In this document: one piece after another, positions 60,711 to 64,000 of the stretch
How the letters are laid out: every line of letters begins with the position of its first letter
Numbering within the stretch: position 1 is the stretch's first letter
Source: Psammoneis japonica
Taxonomy: Eukaryota
DNA length: 64,000 bases
Reading direction: 5' to 3'
NCBI GenBank assembly: GCA_008632985.1
Contig: QPGO01000060.1
Span: forward strand, 124,001-188,000
Notes under the pieces: generated by a model
Database searches by the model: none
The model's input: only the letters and a program-made list of their open reading frames with translations
What the model was told of the DNA's origin: nothing
Program-made: the position numbers and the translations under genes

Positions 60711-62094
60711 GCTTGGGGGGGGCTTGTCTTGCTTTGAGTGCTGGGGGTGTCCTGGTGCCACACCTGCTGGGCTGCACACTCCTTTTCTTCTGCTGTGCAC
60801 CATCAAAGATCATCTGTGTTGCAGCTAAGTTCCTGCCAGCTGCTGCTTTTGTGGCGCAACTCATGCTTTCTGCATTGTGTGCCACACAGGAGATGCACCC
60901 TCCAGACCCAAGAGCACTGCTGTGGACATCTCCATCATGAGTGTGTGGCAGCAACAATGCATTGAATGTTGTCAAGGTCACATTCTGCAACCCCAATCAG
61001 CAGCGAGTCAGAGTGGGGGCTGAGAACAAAGGGAACCAAAAAAGTGGGGATCTCTCACAAAGCACATGGTGCAGCTGCTTCTGCACTAGAAAAGTGCAGT
61101 CTTGACTTCAAAAAATTGATGAGCACAAAACACACTGTGCTGACAGCCAGACCCCATGCTGGTCCCAGGCACCAGGTGTTGCAGGGGCACTTGTCACTGG
61201 AGCCAAAGAGGGTGCCAAGGAGGCAGGAGATGCAACAAACGAATCCAGAAACCCTTTGCCACCCTTGGCAAGGGTGACACCAGCATTGTTGCACTGACTG
61301 TTCACAGCAGCCTCAAAGGCTTCTGGTGCAAACTTGCCAAAGCCTGCATGAGTGCTCACGGTGGAGCCATCATCTTGAATGGTGACAAACATCATTGAGC
61401 CTTTGCAAATTTCGGGGTGTCTTGAAGAAGAAATCATGCCCCAGACCATCATGGACATCTGAGGAGAACCATTGTTTGTGCAACATCCACTCACAACTGA
61501 AGCACTGTTGGCCTTGGTCCCTTCCATGCCAAGGAAAACACCTTCACAACCCTGGATTGCAAGCAAGGAGAGATGATTGAAAGGATTGCCATCACCATGG
61601 GTGCAGTCATGCACAGAAGATTGGCGGCAAGGAGATGGGAAGATCATTGGTGGAAATGGTGAAGAAGACAGAAGACTGTGGGGGGCAGCAGTGGTGCAGA
61701 AGATGATTGGTGGTGACAGCATGGAAGATTGGCAGTGACAGCATGCATGCTTGTCTTTGCACTTTGAGTGTGAGCAAATGAGGAGCGCGCCAATTGCTCG
61801 TTGATGACATGCACAAAAAACCAAAGGAAGTCCTGAGCAAGGAAAATGTTTTCCAGGTGTTTTTTGCTCCTTGGGATGAAAAGCAGTCCAGCACACTTTA
61901 GAACCAGTTCTACAAGCATGTCACAGAACCACATCCAGTCCTGTGTGGCGCAGTTGATGGCAACGTGCTCGATCATCATGGTGAGCCATCCGTGATGGGT
62001 GTTTTGCCAAAGTGCAGCAATGTGATGAGCGCCAACAACGAGCAGTCAAACGAGTCAGTCATTTTTTGTTTGATCTGTCACGCGGAATTTCGAA

Positions 62095-62690
62095 AACGCA
62101 GATTCTTAAAAATCCTCATTCCCCAAAACGGTCATTTTTAAGGATGGATCGTCGAGATGAGGTCTCTTTACGCGCGAGCTCGCATTTTTTGGAAAAAACC
62201 CGGATTTCTCGTGCTGGATGCGCGCGCTCGCCAACAAAATATTTTCAGCGATAGGTCGAACTTTGTCCCTTCGAAAGACATCATAGAATGTGTTGGCGAT
62301 GGTTGTGACCATGCGCGATCTTTAGCTTGACGACTGTAGATGTGTCCACAGCCAGTCAAACGCCAATTGTCAGCTTTTCCTGGAAAGTTGTGGCTTGTCT
62401 CCCACAAGCAGTGCGATTTTGGCCAAAAACAGCGGTTCATCGCATGTGACAACTGCACCGAATCCGACAATTGGCGTTTGAAGGTTGAAATGTGTAGTTC
62501 ACATACAGATCTAACAGCCCTGATGGGGGCTGGACACAGTCACATGTGTTTGGGGGTGCTCAGAGGCATCGCAAAATGACGCGGGCGAAGTGCGGGGAAA
62601 TTGCAAAACCACGAGCTAATTGAAAAAACACCTCATCTAGACGATCCATCCTTAAAAATGATGCCGTTAATTTTTGAGAATCTGTGGTCG
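62095..62690. mobile_element. Segment bounded by inverted repeats (MITE-like or transposon end)
   Basis: 62132-62163 and 62630-62661 are reverse complements at 31/32 bp, with weaker extension outward. Confidence 0.55.
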
Positions 62691-63189
62691 TGCCAATTGT
62701 CAAAGGTCATTTTGGCACGTTGGCACAAATTTAACGGTCATTTTGGGCACACCACGCAAACACCAGCTCATCACATCAAACACAAAAGAGACAGCAACAT
62801 GCTCATTGCTGTTTTTCTCACTCCACCGTGAGCCTTTTTGTTGTTGCTTTCTGTCTGCACTGTCAGCACAAACCATTGTTGGTCCACCTGCCTTGTGCCA
62901 TGTGTCTTACAAGAGGCAACAGTGGCGCTTCTCCTTGGTCAAGAGGTTGTGACCTCTCTCCTCCCTCCTCTCTCCGTCGCTCCACCAGACACTCAAGATG
63001 TCACAACCATGATGACCACCCTGTGCATTGCCCTCATTGTTCACCCCGTCGTGGACATGGTGGACCACCTCGTTGCCATGACAACCCTCCAGAACAGCCT
63101 CCCTGCCAATCACCATGTCACTCTGTTCAATCATCATGGCGTCACAGCCCGTCAGCAAGCAATGAGTTTCCATCAAGAATGTCACCCAA

Positions 63190-63700
63190 TTCATCTCCGA
63201 CTGTGTCGTTGCAGCCTGCCACTCTGTCTCCATCATTGCAGCAATGCTGTCAAGCTCCAACTGTGTTGTTGCAGCCTCCTGCTCCATTGCCATCATTGCA
63301 GCAATGCTGTCCAGCTCCGACCGCGTCGTTGCAGCCTCTCGCTCCGTTGCTGTCATTGCAGCAATGCCATCAAGCTCTGACCACATTGTTGCAGCCTGCC
63401 GCTCTGTTTTGCCATTGTCGCAGCAACACCACTGCGCTCCAACCGTGTCGTTGCAGCCCACCGCTCCGTCACCATCATTGCAGCAATGCTGTCATGCTCT
63501 GACCACGTCATTGCAGCCCACCGCTCCACCTCCATTGTTGCAGCAATGCCGTCATGCTCCCACCACTTTGTTGCAACCTGCCGCTCCGTTGCTGTCTTTG
63601 CAGCAATGCCATCACATTCCCACAGCCTTGTTGCAGCCAACCACTCCGTTGCCCTCATTGCAGCCACATTGTCATGCTCTTGCTGTGCCGTTGCAGCCTG
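63190..63700. repeat. Tandem array of about eight 60-bp units
   Basis: 'GTTGCAGCC...CATCATTGCAGCAATGC...GCTC' recurs every 60 bp. The minus strand encodes a 20-aa repeat (ERxAATTxSELDxIAAxxxT). Confidence 0.88.
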
Positions 63701-64000
63701 TGGCTCCAGTTCATTGGGCACCAATGCATGCCCCCTTGACTGCATTGACTGCAAAAAAGATGCAAACTCGTGGTTCTGGGGGAAAGGGCCGTCCCTTGAA
63801 GACATCCTCTTCCAGGCAACCCCCATCCTCTCCCACTGTTGGTGTTCATGACAGTGGTGTTGTTCATGGTGGCACTCGCAGTCGCTCTCATTTTTCTGCT
63901 CATTGCTCCTCCCACTCCCACTCCAGCTCTAAGTCAAGGTCCACATCAAGGTCTCCCTGTTCACATCAATTGCGGTCATGTTGCTCCCGGTCAATTTCCT

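Noticed and set aside
63190..63700. CRISPR-like array
   Set aside because: The units are contiguous with no unique spacers, there are no cas genes, and the context is eukaryotic.
53316..64000. Many Cys/His/Gln-rich ORFs as novel metal-binding proteins or an alternative genetic code
   Set aside because: They follow from TA/CG loss, which removes TAA/TAG stops and Tyr codons. Host genes translate normally with the standard code.

Overview
This is eukaryotic nuclear DNA with short GT-AG introns, most likely from a diatom: there is a nuclear CbbX with an ASAF-type plastid-targeting signal, a diatom-type cyclin and CoDi-like Ty1/copia elements. Host genes are Omp85, metH, SERINC, a beta-propeller protein, ISWI, CbbX, an FAD oxidase, a USP, an NSD-like SET protein, a cyclin, a GT23-like glycosyltransferase and an LRR protein. 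Two things stand out. (1) A directional hypermutation acts on transposon DNA, turning TpA (and CpG) into TpG/CpA on both strands. The two 276-bp LTRs of a full-length copia (15594-22699, TSD CCAGA) differ at 13 sites: 9 TA>TG/CA and 4 CG>TG/CA, all derived in the 3' LTR. Conserved Tyr residues in its Pol have become Cys/His, and older TE blocks are almost free of TA. This runs opposite to fungal RIP, and the TA part is not explained by 5mC deamination. It resembles DNA adenine (A>G) editing with a 5'-TAY preference. (2) The B12-dependent methionine synthase has its homocysteine- and folate-binding module in three tandem, near-identical 2.26-kb copies ahead of one cobalamin/activation module. 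All family assignments come from motif recognition by eye; no database search was run.
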